DNA of 64,000 nt from Diplonema japonicum (GCA_964019335.1 OZ025679.1:248001-312000), one strand, 5' to 3'. Counted from the first letter of the stretch, positions 33,346-45,146 are shown. Translations and numbers: made by a program. Notes: generated by a model from the sequence alone, not told the origin.

Positions 33346-34255
33346 CCATCTACCAACGAGCGTCTATATATAGACGATTTGAAAAAAAAGTCTTTTGCGC
33401 AAAGGGCTTTCAAGGCAATACAGCCCGGCCACTTCTCGCATCCGGGGTCCTGCGCGGAATATGAAAAATATAAACTAAATGCTGCCCTAACTTAACAAGA
33501 AAAAGAAAAGAAAGAAAACGCCAGACCAAATTTACCCTTAAAAATCACTTCAAAAAAGGGCGCCCAGAAAGAGGCCGGAAGAAGACATTATGAGTGATGG
33601 TAGCACTGATGGCTCATCCCTATTATTCAATTTTGGTACGGACAGTGATTCTGATACGAATTCGACCGATTCCGAGTCACAGCAGGGTGATTGGACGGCA
33701 AAGCCGGAGCAGTTGGAAGGCATCCGGTTCGTGAAGATCGGAATCCTTGTGGACCCTGTTTTGACATCAACGATTCCATATATTCTCCCACCTTCTGGGA
33801 CCATTTCCCCGAAAAAGTAGCGCAACGTGCGGTGCAAGCATTGCAAGTCGAAAAGACCCCTATTTCAGTGTTCAGCCTGCTTGGTACAACTTTGCGTGAC
33901 TCCGTGCATCAAAGACGACTACCTTGATGGGGATACCCCCCAGAAACCAAAAAAGAAGTCCCCCAGCCCTGGGGCACGTACGAACCGCGTCAAGAAGGCC
34001 TTAAATAGCTTTTTATAGAATTTTACGGCCGATTTTTTTTGACTTGTTTTTTGCACCCCCTCTCGGGCACTTCAGGAACGATATTTTTGACAATGTTGTG
34101 GGGGTGGGCCCTGCTGTGGGCACCCTCTCTCTAGAATTGGGACATCTGGAGGCATTTCCGGGGGCATATAGCTCCGGCGTTGCGCTAGAATAGTTTTTTT
34201 TTGAAGTTTTGAAAATTTACCCCTTGGTGGGCAAAAATGGTCCGTTGGTAGATGG
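33346..34255 (+). mobile_element. Internally deleted piggyBac-type DNA transposon
   Basis: TTAA on both sides (33342-33345, 34256-34259); perfect 13-bp TIR CCATCTACCAACG; remnants of an acidic N-terminus (MSDGSTD...DSDSD) and of a Cys-rich C-terminus (HFP...RCKHC...FQCSACLVQLCVTPC); DDD core missing. Confidence 0.88.
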
Positions 34256-34311
34256 TTAAATATAAACAGTTCTTACACTGATGTGTGGGGGGCTTCTTTT
34301 CCCTTCGTTAT

Positions 34312-34346
<35 letters not shown>

Positions 34347-35455
34347 TACAAATAATTGTTTATTGCGATTAAACTATCATCAGCAGCTACCCCCCTTTTT
34401 TATTTCTTTTTGAGAAAAACAACGTACATGGTCTTTTTCCACCCAAATGGTTTTTTTGTAAAATTTTTCAAAGTGCTGTCCCAGTTGTAGTCCCAGCCTT
34501 CAGGGTAGTCACCCATTTCTCTTATATGTTTTTTTGCCCCTTGCTACATTTTGTATTAAACCCCAATGAGGCATAAAAATGTCGGAGGTCACAAAAAAAA
34601 AAAGTTAGTGGTTACTGTAAAAAGTGGGGGAAAAAGTTGTAGGTTACCGTGAACGGTGGAAAAAAAGTTGCAGGTTGAAGGCGGCAGTGGAAAAAAAGTT
34701 ATTTGGTTACCGTACGTTGTTTTCCCCTTTCTTTTTTTTTATTCTTCAAAAGAAAAAGGGTACATCGTTACTCACACCTGCGCTCGCAGGACGCGCGTGG
34801 TTCTGCCCCCCCCCCCCCCCCCCGTGTAATTCTTCCTAATGGTAGAAACTACGGGGGACCATTTCGGTCTGCTTATTATTATTTTTTTTTCTTCTTCTTT
34901 TTTTTTTTCTGCCGAGGGGCGTTCAGGTTCCCTTAATGTCTTCTTTTCTTTTTTTTTTCTTCTTCCTTCTTTCTTGCATTGCATTGTTTCGCTTTTTACG
35001 GTTCATTTTTTTTTTTCGCTGCACACTTAACGCCAAATAGTGTTGCAACCAAAGCCCCATTTTTTTCGAGGAATTAGGCAATTGTCACCTCTCTCCCCCC
35101 CCCCCCCCCCCCCCATTCCAGTTGTGGCTAAGATTGGAATAGTTCAAACCGCCATACTGCCACTGATCGCTTACTGTTTCCTTCAAGTAAGCGATAAAGA
35201 AAACACACTTGGGTAGTTCCTCAAGTTAATTTTTTTCGTGAAGCAAGGAAATAAAGATATGGGAAACCCCCCGTTCCGCCAATTGCCATACTTTGCTATC
35301 CTGCTGCCTGATACGTTCCACAATTTCCTTCTACAATAAGCAAAAGAATGCATCAGCAGTAATCGTGTTTAAAGAAAAAGACAACAACCCCCCCCCCCCC
35401 CCCCCCAACTAGTTTTTTTGCACTAACTAAACAGAGAAAGTGAGTTTTTTTTTTT

Positions 35456-35490
35456 GGCGGGCCGTTGCTAGCCACTTCGTTCCTAGTGAA
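35456..35490 (+). repeat. Micro-fragment of a LINE 3' end in poly(T)
   Basis: Matches 25089-25125 and the end of 48445-48706. Confidence 0.75.
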
Positions 35491-35838
35491 TTTTTTTTTC
35501 CTTCCCCTCCCTTATTTTTTTTTTTTTTTTTTTGCATTACGTGCTGGATCTTTGGGCAGTGGGGCAAGGCCGTCCAAACTCTTTCCCCCCCCCCCCTTTT
35601 TTTTGTTAGGAGCATGGGGCAACGTGTTTTCTTTTTTTTCGGGGTTACAAACCTTTCTCCAGGTGTTACCCGGCACGTCCAAACAAAGGAAAGAAGTTTT
35701 ATAAGTCGCAATTTTACAAGATAAAAAAGAGGCGGGGGCAGAAAGTATGTTAGCACATACACAGTCATGTACAAAGTTTCATCCTTCGCATGTCATATTT
35801 TTAAATGTCTCTCTTTTTTTTGAGAAGGAAGAAAAGAA

Positions 35839-35869
<31 letters not shown>

Positions 35870-37718
35870 GATTGCGGCCTTTTTATATTCTCAGCTCAAA
35901 AAGAGGAAAAAAAAAAAATAAAGGTTAGAAAAAAAAAAGAAGAAAAAGTGAAAGAAAGAAAGTAGACAGCAGCCACCTAAAGATTTGAAAAGAGAAAGAA
36001 AAAAAAATGAAGGAACAGAAAAAGAAAAAGAGAAAAAAAAAAACCGTGTTCTTTGATGCCATGTAACTGTAAAGGGGAGGGGAGGGGGCGTGGTGCATTA
36101 CACTAAATGAGGAGGGAAAAGAAATTGGTGGTGAAGTAAATTTCAATAATAAAAAGAAAAGAAACAAGTCTTTTTTTAAAAAAAAAAAGACACTTTCAAC
36201 TCAAACAACGGAAACACAAAAAAAAAAAATAATTCTTTATGACTATATGTCTTTGTTGTTTGCACGAGCAAAAAAGGTTTTTTAAAAAGCTGCGAAAATT
36301 TTTTGCTCGGCACAAGTTGCATATAGTTATAAAATCATATTTTGAAAGATAAATATTTGTAACAAAAAAAAAAAAAGAAAAAAAAAAAATACTGCACATC
36401 CGGCTCTTTTCACGTCCGGGAGATTGTCCGTCCGGGAATTTTTCTTGAGGGCCCTTGGCTGACTTGCAGGTAGATAGGCAGGTTTGTGACTTGATCCAAA
36501 GCAGCCTCCACCCGGCCCTTTGATATTGAACGACTTTACAACGAACTTCATGCCGATATCCATTGGCTCATCATGTAGAGGCCAGGGGATACATGCCCAC
36601 AGGAGGTTTTCACTTACAGTACTTTGTTTTCTTGATATTTATTCCTTATTGTACCCCCCCCCCCCCCAGATCAATTTAGCAATTTTTTTTTCTATTGCGG
36701 GACGCTTGCTAACGCTTCTCCCCAGTCGTAAGAGGTTTCTTCTTCCCCTTCCCCCTTTGCTTTACTGCTATGCAAACTTTTTTTTTTTTTTTTTTTTTTT
36801 TTATAAAGGATCATGCCCGTAACAGATTTTCAATCTGCGTCCAAAAAATAAAAGGGGGGAAAAAGATATGGGCTGTATTTATTTCCGAAAGCCAAGAAAA
36901 AAAAAAGAAAAAAAAAAACAGCATAATTTTGCACTCGTTTTAAAAAATAAAACAAACGCGCGCACGTCGTAACCTATATGGTGGTGCGGGCTACTTTCTT
37001 ACTTCTTACTTCGAGGTTTTCCCGGAAATCATTTGTTGACATTTTCTTTTCGGACGAGCTCATATAAGTTTTTTCTTCCAGTTTTTTTTTAAGATCCAGA
37101 GTAGAAGGGAAGACAAAAAGTGAGCCATAGCAAGGTACGTGCAAGAGGGAGGGGGAAAAGAAGAGAGGAAAAAAAAGAAAAAAAAAAAAAAAAAAAGAGG
37201 GGGAAAAAAGAAGTTTGGCAAAGTTCTATTAAAGAGTGAAGATAGGGAAACTTCTATTTTGGGATACAACAACTACAAAAGAAGAAGAAAAAAAAAAAAA
37301 AAAAGATTGGTAACTAGAAATTGTCATCCTTAGTTGCCGGGCAAAGAATTAGTAGCCTGTTTCAGAATTATTTTTTTCTTTTTTGCAAGAACGAGTCTTT
37401 GACTTGTCTAAACAAAAGGGGAACGTTGGCAACGTGTTTCGGGTTGACAAACTTCTCCAGTTTTTACCCGGCACGTACAAACAACGGCCAGTTCCTCTTT
37501 TCCCTTTACATTCTTTGCCCGAGCGAAAGAACCAAGATGGCGTGTTTCAGGACCACTATACATCTTTTTTTTTTTTTTTTTTTTTCTTCTTTTTCTTTCT
37601 TTCTTTCTTTTTTTTTGTGGACAGAATGAATCTCCCCCCCCCCCCCCCCCCCAGGGAAACGTTTCCGTTGCTGCTTACTTCTAAGGGGGAAACGCCCCCC
37701 CCCCCCAAAAAAAAAGCT

Positions 37719-37863
37719 TGGGAATGCGTTTCCTTGCCAACATAACCCCAGGCATAGCTGTGTGACACAACCTTCCTCCAAAAGCCAAAGGAGCATACTG
37801 CAAAAATCCAATTCGTATAGCTACTATGCCCAGGGCTATGCCGGCAAGGGAACGCGTTTCCCA
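37719..37863. repeat. MITE-like foldback with ~40 bp imperfect inverted repeats
   Basis: TGGGAATGCGTTTCCTTGCCAACATAACCCCAGGCATAG pairs with CTATGCCCAGGGCTATGCCGGCAAGGGAACGCGTTTCCCA. Confidence 0.6.
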
Positions 37864-37923
37864 TTTGAGTATCTGAAAAATAAGGAAACAGATACGGAAA
37901 CGTTTCCCCGTGTCTTGCCAGCA

Positions 37924-38138
37924 GGACTTAACGTCAATAAAATCACTTTTTAGTTTTGCGTTTTTGCTGCAAAAAAATATATATTTCGGGTTCATGAGCC
38001 CCAAAAAGGTTTTCGCGTGGTTCTGACCACTTTTTTGACGCTTTATCGTAGCCAGAAGGCAATCTTTAAAGATTGCCCGCTCGTGGACACCTTCTTTTGC
38101 AAAACTGAAAAAAGTCACTTTATCGACCTTATGTGACC
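37924..38138. repeat. MITE-like element with ~35 bp imperfect TIRs
   Basis: GGACTTAACGTCAATAAAATCACTTTTTAGTTTTGC pairs with GCAAAACTGAAAAAAGTCACTTTATCGACCTTATGTGACC. Confidence 0.55.
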
Positions 38139-38335
38139 CCCCCCCCCCCCCCCCCCTATATACCTCTTCTTGCCTTCGAGTATATCCCAGTTACCCACAA
38201 TTTATTCTTTTGTTCCCTCCCTTTTTTTTATCACGATCACAGCAAATCACGGCAAACACCTCATAATTTTTTTTTTTCATTTTTTTTTTTTTTTTTCAGA
38301 GTAGAGTTGAGGTCTCTCTTTTTTTTTTTTTTTTT

Positions 38336-39474
38336 GGTGAGGAAGGCCCGAAGTAGGACGCTGGCGGTCGAGAGGAGCACGATAAGCGGGATAGAGCCGG
38401 GGGCGGACCCCAAGACGAACCGATTATGGAGGACGGCCAAGGACCCGCTCATGTCCTACAGCCTGAGACGAGTGATCGCAGGAGGGGTTCCCTACCTAAA
38501 CCCGCACGCAAATGCGAAGCGAAAGAGCGTCCCACTGGCGCCTGAAGGTGACGACAACGGTGACGACGAGGAGAACATGGGCCAGGCACCAACGACGGAG
38601 GTATCGCACACGCAAGGATTCAGATGCGACCTGTGCAAGTCTCCACACCCGGACACGGTGACCTTACTCCGCCATTAGCTGTATGAGTGCGCCTGTGCAC
38701 AAGAGGAACTGGCACTAGACGGAATGGAGCCGTTGCGCAACAGATCAGGATGGCCCCTATGTCTGGAGCTGCACGCGATACTGCCGAGGGGGCATGTCTT
38801 CGCACACCTGGAGAAGCTGCAGCGATACATGGCTGTGGTGGTCGGGAAACGGGATGTGGAGCTCATGCAAATAGACAACGCCAGCACACAGCCGCTGCCG
38901 TGGGTACGCGATGTGGAGGGAAGGAGATGCCTCGTGCCAACGGCGGGGGAGCTCGAAGGAGTGGGAGGAATCGTCGCAGAATTCTTGAACCCGCTGCTGC
39001 AGTGGTTGTCACAGCTACGATGGGTGAAGGAGGTCACCAGCTCTGAAGTGTCAGCGGTGGAATTGGCCATCGACTTCGAATGGACGACAGGCAAGTTACT
39101 GGGAGGTCTGCTGGAAGATAGGGCTCGCGAGATCAAAGCACTGATAAGAAAGCTGAACGCGGCATGCAGGGCACGGTAGAAGCCACGCCCCTTCCCAGCG
39201 GATGAACAGAAGAGAGTGAAGTCCCTCATCGCAATAGGTGGGAAGACGGCTATGGGTTTCGCCAGGAGGCCCATCTTCGCCACCCACTCCACGCACGACA
39301 AGCTGATGGAACTGAAAGCCGCTTACAAGCGAGACCGCATCACGCGACTCCGCAAGACGCTCAAGGCCTCGATTGGAACGAAAGCGATGCTCTAGAAGGG
39401 GAGTATAAATAGATAGCCCCCCCCAACCCACCCAAGGGCGGCCCTCCATGAGGGGGTTTGTCCTGCACTTTGAG
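38336..39474 (+). mobile_element. 5'-truncated, decayed LINE (C-terminal ORF region plus 3' UTR)
   Basis: One frame with two TAG stops, homologous to the RT C-terminus: CDLC...RH*LYEC, WPLCLELHAI, WLSQLRW, VSAVELAIDF, GFARRPIFA; T-runs on both sides. Confidence 0.88.
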
Positions 39475-40218
39475 TTTTTTTTTTCCCTTTCTTCTCCTTT
39501 TTTTTTCCCATTCTTTTTTGCGAACATTTCGTAGCGATAGGAAAACTTCTTTTCAGATCTTTTTTCTGGATAAGTAGCGATTGAAGGCGAGATAATAGAA
39601 ATGGGGCTAAAGAGCCACATTTTGCTGCTTTGTACTAAATAGATCTGAGAGAAAAACAAACAAAAAAAACAAAAAAAAGGGCAATGACTATTTTCCCCCT
39701 TCTAATTACTCCCCCCCCCCGCAACAAAAAAAAGCATGACGGGTTCCATCGCTTCATTGTAAAGAATGAAAAAAAAGGAAAACGCAAAAATAAAAAAATA
39801 TAAAAAAAACAGGGAAGAAAAAAAAAGAAATCATCCCTTAGGGGGAAGGAAAGAAAGAAAGAAAGAAAGAAAGAAATGCTTTTTTTGTTTTCTTCCCCGG
39901 TCTTCAAATTTCGAGGATTCGTGCTCGGGCAATTGGTGTCAGGCGGACGCAGATTGACCCCCCCCCTACCCGGCTCACAACTCACTCCAACTTTTCATGT
40001 TACACTCTGTGGGGGGGCTTTTTTTTCTTGTTCAAATTCACTCTACTCCCCCCCAACTCTCACTTCTCGTCCCCCCCCCCCGATTTTTTATTTGTTTTTT
40101 ATTATTATTAAATCCCATCCATTTCTAAAATTTAACACTTCAAAAAAAAAAAGAAAGGAGGGAGGGGAGGGGAAAGGGGAGGACAAAAAAAAAACAAAGG
40201 GGGGCGGGGGGGCGGAAA

Positions 40219-40566
40219 ATGTATATACACCCCGATTGGCTATGCCTGCTGTTCCTTACCTTATTTATCTCGTGGACAGCAGTGGTCGTAGCAGTGACAA
40301 AGGAGATGTACTTCCACGTGGCCTGGTTGGAGCTGCGTAAGGAAGTTCGATGTAAACCAGCTAAATCCCGAAGGAAGCGGCCTAAGATAGTTGTGGTCAG
40401 GCCTTACAAAATGAAGAAGAGGGGGGTTCGAAAACACACGGCGGCGAAGCCCCAGTGTGACCTTCGAGAGAGTCCTGTACCGAGCCCCGTCTGCACGCCG
40501 ATGCTTATGCCAAGGACAGAGGAATATTGCGATGGTTTCTTGCTGATTAATGGCCATGACTTGTAA
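40219..40566 (+). CDS. Small hypothetical protein with N-terminal TM/signal segment
   Basis: 115-aa homopolymer-free ORF with a hydrophobic N-terminus followed by a basic tail. Confidence 0.5.
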   Translation: MYIHPDWLCLLFLTLFISWTAVVVAVTKEMYFHVAWLELRKEVRCKPAKSRRKRPKIVVVRPYKMKKRGVRKHTAAKPQCDLRESPVPSPVCTPMLMPRTEEYCDGFLLINGHDL

Positions 40567-41313
40567 TAATAAATGTATTAAAAAAAAAAAAAGGTAAAGT
40601 TTTTTATAAGTTTTTTTTTTCTAATAAGAAATTAAATCTAACACATAAAAATGAAGGGGGGAAGGAGCCCGGGAAGATTGATACCTCGGGTCTTCCCCCT
40701 TCCCCCCCCCCCCCCCCCCCCCCCCCTCATCTCGTCCGTCGATTCTGTTTTTAAAAAAAAAATCTTTTTTTTTATTCCCTTATCCTACAGCAGTAGTTGG
40801 CGGTTTGCGCGAAAAAAAAAAGGGGGAGAAGGAGACAGCAGCCAAGTGGCTTGGACAATATTCTGTTGTGCAGACAGGGCCAGCAGTCCACCATTCGCTT
40901 ATGCTCCTTCACATACCCTTCAGCTATTGGATGACTGAAACCCTCCCTCCCCCCCTTCTTGCCTGGAATGTCCTGGATGCCCCTCCGAAAAGCTTATTTT
41001 ATATTCTTTTTTTTTTTTGGATATTCCCCCTTCCTCAACAAACATTTACTTACCCCTCCTTTTTTTTTTTTTCCCTACAATGAAGAATGATTATTTTAGT
41101 ACCTTATGCGACTTTGTGCCCGAGCTAAGAAAAAAGAAGAAAAAAAAAAAAAAAAGAAGAAGAAGCAAAAAAGAAAAACCTCTTTTCGCTCGCGCCGAAC
41201 GACAAAAAAGACATAAGTCATAAGGGAAGTTATTTTAACATACCACCCCCCATAGTTTCCTCACTACAAAAAGACCATAGAAAGGGGGGGGGGGGGGGGG
41301 GGGGGGGGGGGAC

Positions 41314-41991
41314 ATGGTTCCGTCCCTTTGTGAATCGCCTCACCGCAGTACACCTAACGAAGTGATGAAGGAAGCACATGTCCGGGTTACACGGAACACT
41401 GAGGAAATCCGGAAGCTGTTAAATGGCTGCAGGGTAAGCGTGAGGAGAAGAACACCCACCACAGAGTTCAGCACAATACCATCCCCCGGGTCTCCAGAAC
41501 ACAGGGCAAGGACACGGCGTGAGACGCCCAGCGTGGACAGGGAATGGGGAGGGGGTATTTTCGGGAAAGCTCATGACAGGCTGGCCAGTACAACTACCGG
41601 ACGCACAACCGCAGCCTTCAGCCTCCCCCGCCACGTGGGCTCTCAGAACGACATCAACCTCCATTTGAACCCTTACCTCAAGAAGGTTGCTGCGTGTTAC
41701 ACCCCTCTCTTTGTGGTGGACACCCATCTCTCTTACCGATTGAAATATTATGAGTCGGGTGACGATGGCAGCTCTGACTGCCTGTCCCTGTACATCTGCC
41801 CTGTACAGGGTACACCCTCTTACGTGCGTGTCACTACCCTCCTCGACCGATCTGTTCATCAGGTCCACACGTTGTCATCTGTCGATTTCACCGATTCCCC
41901 TAACGGTACATCAGGTGTCGGGTGGCCCTGCCTTATCACGCACGACGAGCTCGGAACGGCTTCGTTCACAATTCGACTGATTGTGGAGTGA
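41314..41991 (+). CDS. Protein with C-terminal MATH/TRAF-like domain
   Basis: YRLKYYESG...CLSLYIC...GVGWPCLITHDEL...FTIRLIVE resembles MATH consensus (W.L..YP.G, LSLYL, GW..FI...EL, I...V). Confidence 0.6.
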   Translation: MVPSLCESPHRSTPNEVMKEAHVRVTRNTEEIRKLLNGCRVSVRRRTPTTEFSTIPSPGSPEHRARTRRETPSVDREWGGGIFGKAHDRLASTTTGRTTAAFSLPRHVGSQNDINLHLNPYLKKVAACYTPLFVVDTHLSYRLKYYESGDDGSSDCLSLYICPVQGTPSYVRVTTLLDRSVHQVHTLSSVDFTDSPNGTSGVGWPCLITHDELGTASFTIRLIVE

Positions 41992-42118
41992 ACCCCCATT
42001 GTATTTTTTTTGTGTACATTTCTTCTTCTTTTTTTTTTTTTTATAATGTTTTCTGTGTTCCGTAGGGAGAGAGAGGAAAAAAAAAAGGAGAAAAAGGGGA
42101 GGGAGGTGGGGGTAGTTC

Positions 42119-43069
42119 ATGACAGCAAACAATGGCCGCATACACCACGTGAACACCACAACAGAGCAACACCTCCGTCTTTGGAAGGTCCCTTTCTTCT
42201 GGAGGGAGAAAGACGTCGAAGATGCCCTGTGGGGAGCGTTCGGGGAATCGGCGGAGGACGTAAAAGTGAAAATGTACAGATGCCTGAACCAATGCAAAAG
42301 TGAGAAGAAAACGGTCGGGGGCTTCAAGGACAAGGCCCACTGCGGCGGTGCCGCAGTCGTAAAGGGCAAATTATACATAGAAGGCAGGACACTAATCAGA
42401 AGCAGCGGAAGCTGTTTCACAGTAGAAACATCGACACAAGACAGTGCACCGTTCCGTGTTGAAGATCCGGTCGCGACCCTCTTCTGCAGGGTGTTCCATA
42501 CCTCAGAGTGCCGTCTGTCCTTAACTCGACTTGTTGACTTAGCACATAAAAGTATAGGAACAGGTGTTAGCCTTTATCAACTAGCTGCCTTGGCACCTCA
42601 GTCCCCTTCGGAGCGTGTTATAAAGAATGTCAACAGTGATAGTTATTTCGTAGAATGTGTTTCTCCAGCTGCGGCGTCTGCTTTGAAAAAGCTTCTGCAC
42701 GACTGCTTGCGAACGGAGAACGGGGAGAGGTTCCTCCACACCGCGTCGTTCACGGCTTCCCGTTCTGTTGCGAGGTACCGGCCTCTGTACGTGCCCGGTT
42801 GCTACTCTTTGTGTCCGTCTTCGGAGTGGCCGGCATCGGCTCACTTTGTACGGAAGGGCAACGCCGAGTTTATTTCTCGGTTGTTGAAGCAATATGATGA
42901 ACCGGCACCGCATACGGTGCTGCCTTCGTGTGTGTGGGATACGATTCAACAGGCGGTCGAGTACGCCGCAGAGAGAATGGGTGTCAATGCTGACGAAGAG
43001 ATGAAAATGTCAGCGCTGATGGGCGCTGTTGCTTGCGCCACGATCCTCGGTGACTGCGACCAGTCTTAG
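42119..43069 (+). CDS. Hypothetical protein
   Basis: 316-aa complex ORF; weak RRM-like start (LRLWKVPFFWREKDV), not confirmed. Confidence 0.7.
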   Translation: MTANNGRIHHVNTTTEQHLRLWKVPFFWREKDVEDALWGAFGESAEDVKVKMYRCLNQCKSEKKTVGGFKDKAHCGGAAVVKGKLYIEGRTLIRSSGSCFTVETSTQDSAPFRVEDPVATLFCRVFHTSECRLSLTRLVDLAHKSIGTGVSLYQLAALAPQSPSERVIKNVNSDSYFVECVSPAAASALKKLLHDCLRTENGERFLHTASFTASRSVARYRPLYVPGCYSLCPSSEWPASAHFVRKGNAEFISRLLKQYDEPAPHTVLPSCVWDTIQQAVEYAAERMGVNADEEMKMSALMGAVACATILGDCDQS

Positions 43070-43149
43070 TATTTTTCTTTTTGGAAAAAAAAAAAAAAAC
43101 CTTTCAAAATAAAATAAGGGGAAAAAAAAAAGGGTGGGGGGGGGAGGCG

Positions 43150-44874
43150 ATGAATAACAACCTGCACCCTTTGGAAGAAGCCGTCATCACGAATTTCTTC
43201 CACTACCTCTGGAAGCAGCGGCCCAATGTCTCAGCGGAAGACAGCGCCTCGCACCTCGAGGTCAAGATACCCCACACGGTGTGCTACGAGCATAACTTCC
43301 CCAAAGGATGGTACAGCTCTGTGGCGGGCAACGGCATTTTACGGAAAACAGGGAAAGACATCGAAACCCATGCAGTAATGGAGGCAATGACATCAATGCA
43401 GCGTAAGGGCGTCAAAGAATCACCTTACAGACGCAAAAGGGTGAAGGGAAACTGTGAACATGACATCGTTGCATTGTACATCGAAAAGCAACGCTCGGGC
43501 ACGTTCTACTTAGACCACTTGGACACCAAGGGCTTGAAAGAATTCCTAACAGGCGGGAGAAGGAGCAACAAACACAGAACAGGTGTTCTACAACAATTTA
43601 TCGAACCGCAAGGCGAACGGAACCAGATAATCCAAGTCGTGTGGTCCAATCACCTATGCCTTATAGAAAAGAGGCAGAACGTTCACCCCTTGCACCCAAT
43701 GCCCGGGTCTCAAGAGCTCTCCTTATGGGAACGGGAGGTGACGTATCAAGGGCCTTCAAGCTATTCAAAAGCTGCGTTTGTATCCCCGAATACAATTGAG
43801 AGCGTGAAAAGGGTTTGCAGGCAAATCGTTCACCACGTCATGGAGACGGAGAACAGGAAGATTGAACGGATGGTGATCTATTTCAAGACGGGGGCGTTCC
43901 AGGCCCTGTGGTTGTTGTGGTGTTCTGCGCTACAACTCGCGGGAAAACAAGGGATCCCGTCCGTTCCGAAGTTCAAGCTTCCTGCAGCGCTGCCTTCCGA
44001 CGGGGGGCTGGGCAGGTTGTCTTTACACGAAAAAAAACGCCTCACATCCGGAATCCCGTCCATGGGGCCCGTCGGGGAAGCCTACCGGCCCACAGTGTGC
44101 ATCGAAAAGGCAAAGCTTGCCGTCAAAGGCCCGTTGCCGAGCAGATCGAGGCTTCACAAAAAACTCCGTTTGGACGGGATTCAGAGCAGAGTTCTCACGG
44201 AGGCGGGTGTCATGGAAAAGCCGAAAGCTGTGGGTTTGAAAAAGCTGTCGGTGCTCCTCGCAGAGTCAATTGAGAAAACGGAAAGGCAAGGGGACAGCGA
44301 TAACGATTTACCAGAGGACGCGGCTTCACCGGAACTGGGCGACTATAGGCCGAAAGTACCGTGCCAGAGTTTTCGGACGGAGTATAAAGTACCACTCATC
44401 AGCGAGTATCTGAAGTACGAAAGCGTGGTCTGTGCCAGCTTCATGGAGGAGATTGCAGATTTCACACAGAAATGCACGGAGTCGTGCGAGGCAATTGACT
44501 TCCTGACGTACCAGTTGTACAGCCACCTGGCATGGGGCAGGTCGTCGCTCCTCCTCACGATTCCCAACCATGCTTTCCTCGCCGCCTTCGAGGCCGATAT
44601 TCTAAACCTTCCTAACGCCTCCTCGCCTACTGCTGAGGATCTTCAAGAGTGGCTCCTGCTCAACGGTGGCACGCTGGCCCAGGACAACGCCACGTTCGCG
44701 TTGCTGCACCAGCCCCACGTCCACACGGTGCAGAGCATCCTTCAGAAACACAAAACGTTTATCACCGTCACAAAGCGTGATATTTTCCAATATCAGATGT
44801 GGAAGAAGGTTACTGGGGCACAAAGCGTGGTCACTGCCGTAGTCTGCGTATGCCTCAGTGCTTTGTTTGAGTGA
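43150..44874 (+). CDS. Uncharacterised protein, paralogous to 62717->64000
   Basis: Shared motifs NFFHYL/NIFKYL, GVLQQFIEP/GFLQEFIYP, IQVVWS/VQAVWS, TYQGP/TFDGP, CRQIVHHV/CNQIVRHV, IERMVIYFK/IRRLVVYFR. Confidence 0.8.
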   Translation: MNNNLHPLEEAVITNFFHYLWKQRPNVSAEDSASHLEVKIPHTVCYEHNFPKGWYSSVAGNGILRKTGKDIETHAVMEAMTSMQRKGVKESPYRRKRVKGNCEHDIVALYIEKQRSGTFYLDHLDTKGLKEFLTGGRRSNKHRTGVLQQFIEPQGERNQIIQVVWSNHLCLIEKRQNVHPLHPMPGSQELSLWEREVTYQGPSSYSKAAFVSPNTIESVKRVCRQIVHHVMETENRKIERMVIYFKTGAFQALWLLWCSALQLAGKQGIPSVPKFKLPAALPSDGGLGRLSLHEKKRLTSGIPSMGPVGEAYRPTVCIEKAKLAVKGPLPSRSRLHKKLRLDGIQSRVLTEAGVMEKPKAVGLKKLSVLLAESIEKTERQGDSDNDLPEDAASPELGDYRPKVPCQSFRTEYKVPLISEYLKYESVVCASFMEEIADFTQKCTESCEAIDFLTYQLYSHLAWGRSSLLLTIPNHAFLAAFEADILNLPNASSPTAEDLQEWLLLNGGTLAQDNATFALLHQPHVHTVQSILQKHKTFITVTKRDIFQYQMWKKVTGAQSVVTAVVCVCLSALFE

Positions 44875-44892
44875 AAGTTGAGTCATTTTTCT

Positions 44893-45146
44893 TCACGATC
44901 CATCGGGAGGACAAAGGCGGTGATCGGATGGAACAGGAGGGCGATATTTGCATCACCGAAGACCAAGCATGACCTAGAGGCGTTGAAAGGACAATGGGCA
45001 AGAGAACGAAGAGAAAGAGCGGCCAGGCTGGGGAGAAGGCCGGCAAGACCACCAAAGGAGGAGAAACCGCTGCTGAAAGGGGATAGGTGCAGGTAGAGGA
45101 TGAGAACAAGGGGGCGTCTCACAAAGACTTCCTTTAACTCATATAT
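44893..45146 (+). mobile_element. 5'-truncated LINE 3' end (near-identical to 33083-33320)
   Basis: Direct sequence match over ~235 bp; starts ~20 bp after the upstream stop codon. Confidence 0.8.

Noticed and set aside
38336-39474. Two in-frame TAG codons in an otherwise continuous frame, suggesting stop-codon reassignment or readthrough
   Set aside because: TAG terminates normal genes here (21492, 43069, 46652, 57522, 60208); point decay of a truncated LINE is the simpler explanation.
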